Assembly (NCBI RefSeq): GCF_009914755.1
Contig: NC_060945.1
Reading direction: 5' to 3' (one strand)
DNA from: the human T2T-CHM13v2.0 reference genome, Homo sapiens
DNA length: 64,000 bases
The notes beneath the pieces were generated by a model. That model was not told where the DNA came from. It searched no databases and saw nothing but the letters and a program-made list of their open reading frames with translations. Both the position numbers and the translations under genes were made by a program. Of this stretch, positions 13,701-26,600 are shown one piece after another. The number at the start of each line of letters is the position of its first letter. The stretch's first letter is position 1.

Positions 13701-16700
13701 TTGAATGCAGAATCAGAAAGAAATTTCTGAGAATGCTGCTGTCTACCTTTTATTTGAATTCCCGCTTCCAACGAAATCCTCCAAGCTATCCAAATATCCA
13801 CCTGCATTTTCCACAACAAGAGTGTTTCAAAACTGCTCTATCAATAGAAATGTTCAACTCCTTTGGCTGGGTACACACATCACAAACAAGTTTCTGAGAA
13901 TGCTTCTGTCTAGTTTTTATGGGAAGACGTTCCCTTTTTCACCAAAGGCATCAAAGCGCTCCAAATGTCCACTTCCAGACACTACAAAAAGAGTGTTTCA
14001 AACGTGCTCTAAGAAAGCGAATGTTCAACTCTGTGACTTGAATGCACATATCACAAAGTAGTTTCTGAGAGGGCTTCTGTCTAGATTTTAGATGATGATA
14101 TTCCCGTTTCCAACAAAATCATTAGAGCTTCCAAATATCCACTTACAGTTTCTACAAAAAGAGTGTTTCCAAACTGCTGCATCAAAAGAGAGGTTCCACT
14201 CTGTTAGCTGAGTACACACATCACAAACTTGTTTCTCAGAATCCTTCTGTCTCGTTTTTATGGGAAGATTATACTTTTTCACCGTAGGCATCAAAGCGCT
14301 CCAAATGTCCACATCCAGATACTCCAGAAAGAGTGTTTCAAACCTGCTCTATGAAAGGGAATCTTCAACTCTATGAGTTGAATGCAGACATCAGAAAGAA
14401 ATTTCTGAGAATGCTGCTGTCTACCTTTTATTTGAATTCCCGCTTCCAACGAAATCCTCCAAGCTATCCAAATATCCACTTGCAGATTCCACAAAAAGAG
14501 TGTTTCAAAACTGCTCTCTATCAATGGCAAAGTTCAACTCTGTTAGTTGAGGACACATATCACCAACAAGTTTCTGAGAATGCTTCTGTCTATTTTTTAT
14601 GGGAAGATATTTCCTTTTTCACCGTAGGCGTCAAGGCGATCGAAATGTCCACTTCCACAAACTACAAAAAGAGTGTTTCAAACCTGCTCTATGAAAGGCC
14701 ATGTTCATCTCTATGAGTTGAATGGAAATATCCGAAAGAAATTTCTGGGAATGCTGCTGTCTAGTGTTTATACGAATTCCCGCTTCCAACGAAATCCTCA
14801 AAGCAATCCAAATATCCACTTGCAGAATCCACAAAAAGAGTGTTTCAAAACTGCTCTATCAATAGAAAGGTTCAACTCTTTTAGTTGAGTACACACATCA
14901 CGAACAAGTTTCTGAGAATGCTTCTGTCTGGCTTTTATTGGAAGACGTTTCCTTTTCACCAAAGGCATCAAAGCGCTCCAAATGTCCACTTCCAGATTCT
15001 TCCAAAAGAGTGTTTCAAACGTGCTCAAAGTAAGGGAATGTTCAACTCTGTGACTTGAATGCAGATATCACCAAGTAGTTTCTAATAGTGCTTCTGTCTA
15101 CATTTTAGATGATGATATTCCCGTTTCCAACGAAATCGTTAGAGCTATCCAAATATCCAGTTACAGTTTCTACCAAAAGGGTGTTTCCAAATTGCTGCAT
15201 CAAAAGAAAGGTTCAACTCTGTTAGTTGAGGACACACATCACAAAGAAGTTTGTGAGAATGCTTCTGTCTAGATTTTGTATGACGATATTCCCTTTTCCA
15301 ACGATATCGTTAAAGCAATCTAAATATCAATTTGCAGAATCCACAAAAATAGAGTTTCAAAGCTGCTCTGTAAAAAGAAAGGTTCCACTCTGTTAGCTGA
15401 GTACACACATCACAAACTTGTTTCTGAGAATCCTTCTGTCTCGTTTTTATGGGAAGATATTTACTTTTCCACCGTAGGCATCAAAGCGCTCCAAATGTCC
15501 ACATCCAGATACTCCAGAACGAGTGTTTCAAACCTGCTCTATGAAAGGGAATCTTCAACTCTATGAGTTGAATGCAGACATCAGAAAGAAATTTCTGAGA
15601 ATGCTGCTGTCTACCTTTTATTTGAATTCCCGCTTCCAACGAAATCCTCCAAGCTATCCAAATATCCACCTGCATTTTCCACAACAAGAGTGTTTCAAAC
15701 CTGCTCTATCAATAGAAATGTTCAACTCCTTTGGCTGGGTACACACATCACAAACAAGTTTCTGAGAATGCTTCTGTCTAGTTTTTATGGGAAGACGTTC
15801 CCTTTTTCACCAAAGGCATCAAAGCGCTCCAAATGTCCACTTCCAGACACTACAAAAAGAGTGTTTCAAACGTGCTCTAAGAAAGCGAATGTTCAACTCT
15901 GTGACTTGAATGCAGATATCACAAAGTAGTTTCTGAGAGGGCTTCTGTCTAGATTTTAGATGATGATATTCCCGTTTCCAACGAAATCATTAGAGCTATC
16001 CAAATATCCACTTACAGTTTCTACAAAAAGAGTGTTTCCAAACTGCTGCATCAAAAGAGAGGTTCCACTCTGTTAGCTGAGTACACACATCACAAACTTG
16101 TTTCTCAGAATCCTTCTGTCTCGTTTTTATGGGAAGATATTTACTTTTTCACCGTAGGCATCAAAGCGCTCCAAATGTCCACATCCAGATACTCCAGAAA
16201 GAGTGTTTCAAACCTGCTCTATGAAAGGGAATCTTCAACTCTATGAGTTGAATGCAGACATCAGAAAGAAATTTCTGAGAATGCTGCTGTCTACCTTTTA
16301 TTTGAATTCCCGCTTCCAACGAAATCCTCCAAGCTATCCAAATATCCACTTGCAGATTCCACAAAAAGAGTGTTTCAAAACTGCTCTCTATCAATGGCAA
16401 AGTTCAACTCTGTTAGTTGAGGACACATATCACCAACAAGTTTCTGAGAATGCTTCTGTCTATTTTTTATGGGAAGATATTTCCTTTTTCACCGTAGGCG
16501 TCAAGGCGATCGAAATGTCCACTTCCACAAACTACAAAAAGAGTGTTTCAAACCTGCTCTATGAAAGGCCATGTTCATCTCTATGAGTTGAATGGAAATA
16601 TCCGAAAGAAATTTCTGGGAATGCTGCTGTCTAGTGTTTATACGAATTCCCGCTTCCAACGAAATCCTCAAAGCAATCCAAATATCCACTTGCAGAATCC

Positions 16701-19700
16701 ACAAAAAGAGTGTTTCAAAACTGCTCTATCAATAGAAAGGTTCAACTCTTTTAGTTGAGTACACACATCACGAACAAGTTTCTGAGAATGCTTCTGTCTG
16801 GCTTTTATTGGAAGACGTTTCCTTTTCACCAAAGGCATCAAAGCGCTCCAAATGTCCACTTCCAGATTCTTCCAAAAGAGTGTTTCAAACGTGCTCAAAG
16901 TAAGGGAATGTTCAACTCTGTGACTTGAATGCAGATATCACCAAGTAGTTTCTAATAGTGCTTCTGTCTACATTTTAGATGATGATATTCCCGTTTCCAA
17001 CGAAATCGTTAGAGCTATCCAAATATCCAGTTACAGTTTCTACCAAAAGGGTGTTTCCAAATTGCTGCATCAAAAGAAAGGTTCAACTCTGTTAGTTGAG
17101 GACACACATCACAAAGAAGTTTGTGAGAATGCTTCTGTCTAGATTTTGTATGACGATATTCCCTTTTCCAACGATATCGTTAAAGCAATCTAAATATCAA
17201 TTTGCAGAATCCACAAAAATAGAGTTTCAAAGCTGCTCTGTAAAAAGAAAGGTTCCACTCTGTTAGCTGAGTACACACATCACAAACTTGTTTCTGAGAA
17301 TCCTTCTGTCTCGTTTTTATGGGAAGATATTTACTTTTCCACCGTAGGCATCAAAGCGCTCCAAATGTCCACATCCAGATACTCCAGAACGAGTGTTTCA
17401 AACCTGCTCTATGAAAGGGAATCTTCAACTCTATGAGTTGAATGCAGACATCAGAAAGAAATTTCTGAGAATGCTGCTGTCTACCTTTTATTTGAATTCC
17501 CGCTTCCAACGAAATCCTCCAAGCTATCCAAATATCCACCTGCATTTTCCACAACAAGAGTGTTTCAAAACTGCTCTATCAATAGAAATGTTCAACTCCT
17601 TTGGCTGGGTACACACATCACAAACAAGTTTCTGAGAATGCTTCTGTCTAGTTTTTATGGGAAGACGTTCCCTTTTTCACCAAAGGCATCAAAGCGCTCC
17701 AAATGTCCACTTCCAGACACTACAAAAAGAGTGTTTCAAACGTGCTCTAAGAAAGCGAATGTTCAACTCTGTGACTTGAATGCAGATATCACAAAGTAGT
17801 TTCTGAGAGGGCTTCTGTCTAGATTTTAGATGATGATATTCCCGTTTCCAACGAAATCATTAGAGCTATCCAAATATCCACTTACAGTTTCTACAAAAAG
17901 AGTGTTTCCAAACTGCTGCATCAAAAGAGAGGTTCCACTCTGTTAGCTGAGTACACACATCACAAACTTGTTTCTCAGAATCCTTCTGTCTCGTTTTTAT
18001 GGGAAAATATTTACTTTTTCACCGTAGGCATCAAAGCGCTCCAAATGTCCACATCCAGATACTCCAGAAAGAGTGTTTCAAACCTGCTCTATGAAAGGGA
18101 ATCTTCAACTCTATGAGTTGAATGCAGACATCAGAAAGAAATTTCTGAGAATGCTGCTGTCTACCTTTTATTTGAATTCCCGCTTCCAACGAAATCCTCC
18201 AAGCTATCCAAATATCCACTTGCAGATTCCACAAAAAGAGTGTTTCAAAACTGCTCTCTATCAATGGCAAAGTTCAACTCTGTTAGTTGAGGACACATAT
18301 CACCAACAAGTTTCTGAGAATGCTTCTGTCTATTTTTTATGGGAAGATATTTCCTTTTTCACCGTAGGCGTCAAGGCGATCGAAATGTCCACTTCCACAA
18401 ACTACAAAAAGAGTGTTTCAAACCTGCTCTATGAAAGGCCATGTTCATCTCTATGAGTTGAATGGAAATATCCGAAAGAAATTTCTGGGAATGCTGCTGT
18501 CTAGTGTTTATACGAATTCCCGCTTCCAACGAAATCCTCAAAGCAATCCAAATATCCACTTGCAGAATCCACAAAAAGAGTGTTTCAAAACTGCTCTATC
18601 AATAGAAAGGTTCAACTCTTTTAGTTGAGTACACACATCACAAACAAGTTTCTGAGAATGCTTCTGTCTGGCTTTTATTGGAAGACGTTTCCTTTTCACC
18701 AAAGGCATCAAAGCGCTCCAAATGTCCACTTCCAGATTCTTCCAAAAGAGTGTTTCAAACGTGCTCAAAGTAAGGGAATGTTCAACTCTGTGACTTGAAT
18801 GCAGATATCACCAAGTAGTTTCTAATAGTGCTTCTGTCTAGATTTTAGATGATGATATTCCCGTTTCCAACGAAATCGTTAGAGCTATCCAAATATCCAG
18901 TTACAGTTTCTACAAAAAGAGTGTTTCCAAACTGCTGCATCAAAAGAAAGGTTCAACTCTGTTAGTTGAGGACACACATCACAAAGAAGTTTGTGAGAAT
19001 GCTTCTGTCTAGATTTTGTATGACGATATTCCCTTTTCCAACGATATCGTTAAAGCAATCTAAATATCAATTTGCAGAATCCACAAAAATAGAGTTTCAA
19101 AGCTGCTCTGTAAAAATAAAAGTTCCACTCTGTTAGCTGAGTACACACATCACAAACTTGTTTCTGAGAATCCTTCTGTCTCGTTTTTATGGGAAGATAT
19201 TTACTTTTTCACCGTAGGCATCAAAGCGCTCCAAATGTCCACATCCAGATACTCCAGAAAGACTGTTTCAAACCTGCTCTATGAAAGGGAATCTTCAACT
19301 CTATGAGTTGAATGCAGACATCAGAAAGAAATTTCTGAGAATGCTGCTGTCTACCTTTTATTTGAATTCCCGCTTCCAACGAAATCCTCCAAGCTATCCA
19401 AATATCCACTTGCATTTTCCACAACAAGAGTGTTTCAAAACTGCTCTATCAATAGAAATGTTCAACTCCTTTAGCTGGGTACACACATCACAAACAAGTT
19501 TCTGAGAATGCTTCTGTCTAGTTTTTATGGGAAGACGTTCCCTTTTTCACCAAAGGCATCAAAGCGCTCCAAATGTCCACTTCCAGACACTACAAAAAGA
19601 GTGTTTCAAACGTGCTCTAAGAAAGCGAATGTTCAACTCTGTGACTTGAATGCAGATATCACAAAGTAGTTACTGAGAGGGCTTCTGTCTAGATTTTAGA

Positions 19701-20563
19701 TGATGATATTCCCGTTTCCAACGAAATCATTAGAGCTATCCAAATATCCACTTACAGTTTCTACAAAAAGAGTGTTTCCAAACTGCTGCATCAAAAGAGA
19801 GGTTCCACTCTGTTAGCCGAGTACACACATCACAAACTTGTTTCTCAGAATCCTTCTGTCTCGTTTTTATGGGAAGATATTTACTTTTTCACCGTAGGCA
19901 TCAAAGCGCTCCAAATGTCCACATCCAGATACTCCAGAAAGAGTGTTTCAAACCTGCTCTATGAAAGGGAATCTTCAACTCTATGAGTTGAATGCAGACA
20001 TCAGAAAGAAATTTCTGAGAATGCTGCTGTCTACCTTTTATTTGAATTCCCGCTTCCAACGAAATCCTCCAAGCTATCCAAATATCCACTTGCAGATTCC
20101 ACAAAAAGAGTGTTTCAAAACTGCTCTCTATCAATGGCAAAGTTCAACTCTGTTAGTTGAGGACACATATCACCAACAAGTTTCTGAGAATGCTTCTGTC
20201 TATTTTTTATGGGAAGATATTTCCTTTTTCACCGTAGGCGTCAAGGCGATCGAAATGTCCACTTCCACAAACTACAAAAAGAGTGTTTCAAACCTGCTCT
20301 ATGAAAGGCCATGTTCATCTCTATGAGTTGAATGGAAATATCCGAAAGAAATTTCTGGGAATGCTGCTGTCTAGTGTTTATACGAATTCCCGCTTCCAAC
20401 GAAATCCTCAAAGCAATCCAAATATCCACTTGCAGAATCCACAAAAAGAGTGTTTCAAAACTGCTCTATCAATAGAAAGGTTCAACTCTTTTAGTTGAGT
20501 ACACACATCACGAACAAGTTTCTGAGAATGCTTCTGTCTGGCTTTTATTGGAAGACGTTTCCT

Positions 20564-21753
20564 TTTCACCAAAGGCATCAAAGCGCTCCAAATGTCCACT
20601 TCCAGATTCTTCCAAAAGAGTGTTTCAAACGTGCTCAAAGTAAGGGAATGTTCAACTCTGTGACTTGAATGCAGATATCACCAAGTAGTTTCTAATAGTG
20701 CTTCTGTCTACATTTTAGATGATGATATTCCCTTTTCCAACGAAATCGTTAGAGCTATCCAAATATCCAGTTACAGTTTCTACCAAAAGGGTGTTTCCAA
20801 ATTGCTGCATCAAAAGAAAGGTTCAACTCTGTTAGTTGAGGACACACATCACAAAGAAGTTTGTGAGAATGCTTCTGTCTAGATTTTGTATGACGATATT
20901 CCCTTTTCCAACGATATCGTTAAAGCAATCTAAATATCAATTTGCAGAATCCACAAAAATAGAGTTTCAAAGCTGCTCTGTAAAAAGAAAGGTTCCACTC
21001 TGTTAGCTGAGTACACACATCACAAACTTGTTTCTGAGAATCCTTCTGTCTCGTTTTTATGGGAAGATATTTACTTTTTCACCGTAGGCATCAAAGCGCT
21101 CCAAATGTCCACATCCAGATACTCCAGAACGAGTGTTTCAAACCTGCTCTATGAAAGGGAATCTTCAACTCTATGAGTTGAATGCAGACATCAGAAAGAA
21201 ATTTCTGAGAATGCTGCTGTCTACCTTTTATTTGAATTCCCGCTTCCAACGAAATCCTCCAAGCTATCCAAATATCCACTTGCAGATTCCACAAAAAGAG
21301 TGTTTCAAAACTGCTCTCTATCAATGGCAAAGTTCAACTCTGTTAGTTGAGGACACATATCACCAACAAGTTTCTGAGAATGCTTCTGTCTATTTTTTAT
21401 GGGAAGATATTTCCTTTTTCAGCGTAGGCGTCAAGGCGATCGAAATGTCCACTTCCACAAACTACAAAAAGAGTGTTTCAAACCTGCTCTATGAAAGGCC
21501 ATGTTCATCTCTATGAGTTGAATGGAAATATCCGAAAGAAATTTCTGGGAATGCTGCTGTCTAGTGTTTATACGAATTCCCGCTTCCAACGAAATCCTCA
21601 AAGCAATCCAAATATCCACTTGCAGAATCCACAAAAAGAGTGTTTCAAAACTGCTCTATCAATAGAAAGGTTCAACTCTTTTAGTTGAGTACACACATCA
21701 CGAACAAGTTTCTGAGAATGCTTCTGTCTGGCTTTTATTGGAAGACGTTTCCT
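20564..21753 (-). repeat. 7-mer HOR structural variant (1,190 bp; 680 bp / 4 monomers deleted)
   Basis: Marker spacing 20283 to 21473 is 1,190 bp. The CCTGCATTTTCC...GGCTGGGTAC...CATTAGAGC segment is absent. Confidence 0.97.
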
Positions 21754-23623
21754 TTTCACCAAAGGCATCAAAGCGCTCCAAATGTCCACTTCCAGATTCT
21801 TCCAAAAGAGTGTTTCAAACGTGCTCAAAGTAAGGGAATGTTCAACTCTGTGACTTGAATGCAGATATCACCAAGTAGTTTCTAATAGTGCTTCTGTCTA
21901 CATTTTAGATGATGATATTCCCGTTTCCAACGAAATCGTTAGAGCTATCCAAATATCCAGTTACAGTTTCTACCAAAAGGGTGTTTCCAAATTGCTGCAT
22001 CAAAAGAAAGGTTCAACTCTGTTAGTTGAGGACACACATCACAAAGAAGTTTGTGAGAATGCTTCTGTCTAGATTTTGTATGACGATATTCCCTTTTCCA
22101 ACGATATCGTTAAAGCAATCTAAATATCAATTTGCAGAATCCACAAAAATAGAGTTTCAAAGCTGCTCTGTAAAAAGAAAGGTTCCACTCTGTTAGCTGA
22201 GTACACACATCACAAACTTGTTTCTGAGAATCCTTCTGTCTCGTTTTTATGGGAAGATATTTACTTTTCCACCGTAGGCATCAAAGCGCTCCAAATGTCC
22301 ACATCCAGATACTCCAGAACGAGTGTTTCAAACCTGCTCTATGAAAGGGAATCTTCAACTCTATGAGTTGAATGCAGACATCAGAAAGAAATTTCTGAGA
22401 ATGCTGCTGTCTACCTTTTATTTGAATTCCCGCTTCCAACGAAATCCTCCAAGCTATCCAAATATCCACCTGCATTTTCCACAACAAGAGTGTTTCAAAA
22501 CTGCTCTATCAATAGAAATGTTCAACTCCTTTGGCTGGGTACACACATCACAAACAAGTTTCTGAGAATGCTTCTGTCTAGTTTTTATGGGAAGACGTTC
22601 CCTTTTTCACCAAAGGCATCAAAGCGCTCCAAATGTCCACTTCCAGACACTACAAAAAGAGTGTTTCAAACGTGCTCTAAGAAAGCGAATGTTCAACTCT
22701 GTGACTTGAATGCAGATATCACAAAGTAGTTTCTGAGAGGGCTTCTGTCTAGATTTTAGATGATGATATTCCCGTTTCCAACGAAATCATTAGAGCTATC
22801 CAAATATCCACTTACAGTTTCTACAAAAAGAGTGTTTCCAAACTGCTGCATCAAAAGAGAGGTTCCACTCTGTTAGCTGAGTACACACATCACAAACTTG
22901 TTTCTCAGAATCCTTCTGTCTCGTTTTTATGGGAAGATATTTACTTTTTCACCGTAGGCATCAAAGCGCTCCAAATGTCCACATCCAGATACTCCAGAAA
23001 GAGTGTTTCAAACCTGCTCTATGAAAGGGAATCTTCAACTCTATGAGTTGAATGCAGACATCAGAAAGAAATTTCTGAGAATGCTGCTGTCTACCTTTTA
23101 TTTGAATTCCCGCTTCCAACGAAATCCTCCAAGCTATCCAAATATCCACTTGCAGATTCCACAAAAAGAGTGTTTCAAAACTGCTCTCTATCAATGGCAA
23201 AGTTCAACTCTGTTAGTTGAGGACACATATCACCAACAAGTTTCTGAGAATGCTTCTGTCTATTTTTTATGGGAAGATATTTCCTTTTTCACCGTAGGCG
23301 TCAAGGCGATCGAAATGTCCACTTCCACAAACTACAAAAAGAGTGTTTCAAACCTGCTCTATGAAAGGCCATGTTCATCTCTATGAGTTGAATGGAAATA
23401 TCCGAAAGAAATTTCTGGGAATGCTGCTGTCTAGTGTTTATACGAATTCCCGCTTCCAACGTAATCCTCAAAGCAATCCAAATATCCACTTGCAGAATCC
23501 ACAAAAAGAGTGTTTCAAAACTGCTCTATCAATAGAAAGGTTCAACTCTTTTAGTTGAGTACACACATCACGAACAAGTTTCTGAGAATGCTTCTGTCTG
23601 GCTTTTATTGGAAGACGTTTCCT

Positions 23624-26600
23624 TTTCACCAAAGGCATCAAAGCGCTCCAAATGTCCACTTCCAGATTCTTCCAAAAGAGTGTTTCAAACGTGCTCAAAG
23701 TAAGGGAATGTTCAACTCTGTGACTTGAATGCAGATATCACCAAGTAGTTTCTAATAGTGCTTCTGTCTACATTTTAGATGATGATATTCCCGTTTCCAA
23801 CGAAATCGCTAGAGCTATCCAAATATCCAGTTACAGTTTCTACCAAAAGGGTGTTTCCAAATTGCTGCATCAAAAGAAAGGTTCAACTCTGTTAGTTGAG
23901 GACACACATCACAAAGAAGTTTGTGAGAATGCTTCTGTCTAGGTTTTGTATGACGATATTCCCTTTTCCAACGATATCGTTAAAGCAATCTAAATATCAA
24001 TTTGCAGAATCCACAAAAATAGAGTTTCAAAGCTGCTCTGTAAAAAGAAAGGTTCCACTCTGTTAGCTGAGTACACACATCACAAACTTGTTTCTCAGAA
24101 TCCTTCTGTCTCGTTTTTATGGGAAGATACTTACTTTTCCACCGTAGGCATCAAAGCGCTCCAAATGTCCACATCCAGATACTCCAGAACGAGTGTTTCA
24201 AACCTGCTCTATGAAAGGGAATCTTCAACTCTATGAGTTGAATGCAGACATCAGAAAGAAATTTCTGAGAATGCTGCTGTCTACCTTTTATTTGAATTCC
24301 CGCTTCCAACGAAATCCTCCAAGCTATCCAAATATCCACCTGCATTTTCCACAACAAGAGTGTTTCAAAACTGCTCTATCAATAGAAATGTTCAACTCCT
24401 TTGGCTGGGTACACACATCACAAACAAGTTTCTGAGAATGCTTCTGTCTAGTTTTTATGGGAAGACGTTCCCTTTTTCACCAAAGGCATCAAAGCGCTCC
24501 AAATGTCCACTTCCAGACACTACAAAAAGAGTGTTTCAAACGTGCTCTAAGAAAGCGAATGTTCAACTCTGTGACTTGAATGCACATATCACAAAGTAGT
24601 TTCTGAGAGGGCTTCTGTCTAGATTTTAGATGATGATATTCCCGTTTCCAACAAAATCATTAGAGCTTCCAAATATCCACTTACAGTTTCTACAAAAAGA
24701 GTGTTTCCAAACTGCTGCATCAAAAGAGAGGTTCCACTCTGTTAGCTGAGTACACACATCACAAACTTGTTTCTCAGAATCCTTCTGTCTCGTTTTTATG
24801 GGAAGATATTTACTTTTTCACCGTAGGCATCAAAGCGCTCCAAATGTCCACATCCAGATACTCCAGAAAGAGTGTTTCAAACCTGCCCTATGAAAGGGAA
24901 TCTTCAACTCTATGAGTTGAATGCAGACATCAGAAAGAAATTTCTGAGAATGCTGCTGTCTACCTTTTATTTGAATTCCCGCTTCCAACGAAATCCTCCA
25001 AGCTATCCAAATATCCACTTGCAGATTCCACAAAAAGAGTGTTTCAAAACTGCTCTCTATCAATGGCAAAGTTCAACTCTGTTAGTTGAGGACACATATC
25101 ACCAACAAGTTTCTGAGAATGCTTCTGTCTATTTTTTATGGGAAGATATTTCCTTTTTCACCGTAGGCGTCAAGGCGATCGAAATGTCCACTTCCACAAA
25201 CTACAAAAAGAGTGTTTCAAACCTGCTCTATGAAAGGCCATGTTCATCTCTATGAGTTGAATGGAAATATCCGAAAGAAATTTCTGGGAATGCTGCTGTC
25301 TAGTGTTTATACGAATTCCCGCTTCCAACGAAATCCTCAAAGCAATCCAAATATCCACTTGCAGAATCCACAAAAAGAGTGTTTCAAAACTGCTCTATCA
25401 ATAGAAAGGTTCAACTCTTTTAGTTGAGTACACACATCACGAACAAGTTTCTGAGAATGCTTCTGTCTGGCTTTTATTGGAAGACGTTTCCTTTTCAACA
25501 AAGGCATCAAAGCGCTCCAAATGTCCACTTCCAGATTCTTCCAAAAGAGTGTTTCAAACGTGCTCAAAGTAAAGGAATGTTCAACTCTGTGACTTGAATG
25601 CAGATATCACCAAGTAGTTTCTAATAGTGCTTCTGCCTACATTTTAGATGATGATATTCCCTTTTCCAACGAAATCGTTAGAGCTATCCAAATATCCAGT
25701 TACAGTTTCTACCAAAAGGGTGTTTCCAAATTGCTGCATCAAAAGAAAGGTTCAACTCTGTTAGTTGAGGACACACATCACAAAGAAGTTTGTGAGAATG
25801 CTTCTGTCTAGATTTTGTATGACGATATTCCCTTTTCCAACGATATCGTTAAAGCAATCTAAATATCAATTTGCAGAATCCACAAAAATAGAGTTTCAAA
25901 GCTGCTCTGTAAAAAGAAAGGTTCCACTCTGTTAGCTGAGTACACACATCACAAACTTGTTTCTGAGAATCCTTCTGTCTCGTTTTTATGGGAAGATATT
26001 TACTTTTCCACCGTAGGCATCAAAGCGCTCCAAATGTCCACATCCAGATACTCCAGAACGAGTGTTTCAAACCTGCTCTATGAAAGGGAATCTTCAACTC
26101 TATGAGTTGAATGCAGACATCAGAAAGAAATTTCTGAGAATGCTGCTGTCTACCTTTTATTTGAATTCCCGCTTCCAACGAAATCCTCCAAGCTATCCAA
26201 ATATCCACCTGCATTTTCCACAAAAAGAGTGTTTCAAAACTGCTCTATCAATAGAAATGTTCAACTCCTTTGGCTGGGTACACACATCACAAACAAGTTT
26301 CTGAGAATGCTTCTGTCTAGTTTTTATGGGAAGACATTCCCTTTTTCACCAAAGACATCAAAGCGCTCCAAATGTCCACTTCCAGACACTACAAAAAGAG
26401 TGTTTCAAACGTGCTCTAAGAAAGCGAATGTTCAACTTTGTGACTTGAATGCAGATATCACAAAGTAGTTTCTGAGAGGGCTTCTGTCTAGATTTTAGAT
26501 GATGATATTCCCGTTTCCAACGAAATCATTAGAGCTATCCAAATATCCACTTACAGTTTCTACAAAAAGAGTGTTTCCAAACTGCTGCATCAAAAGAGAG

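Larger units (their letters stand above)
1..20563 (-). repeat. Block of 11 full-length 11-mer HORs with mosaic haplotypes
   Basis: Unit starts 1, 1870, 3740, 5610, 7479, 9348, 11217, 13087, 14954, 16824, 18694; lengths 1867-1870 bp. Confidence 0.95.
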
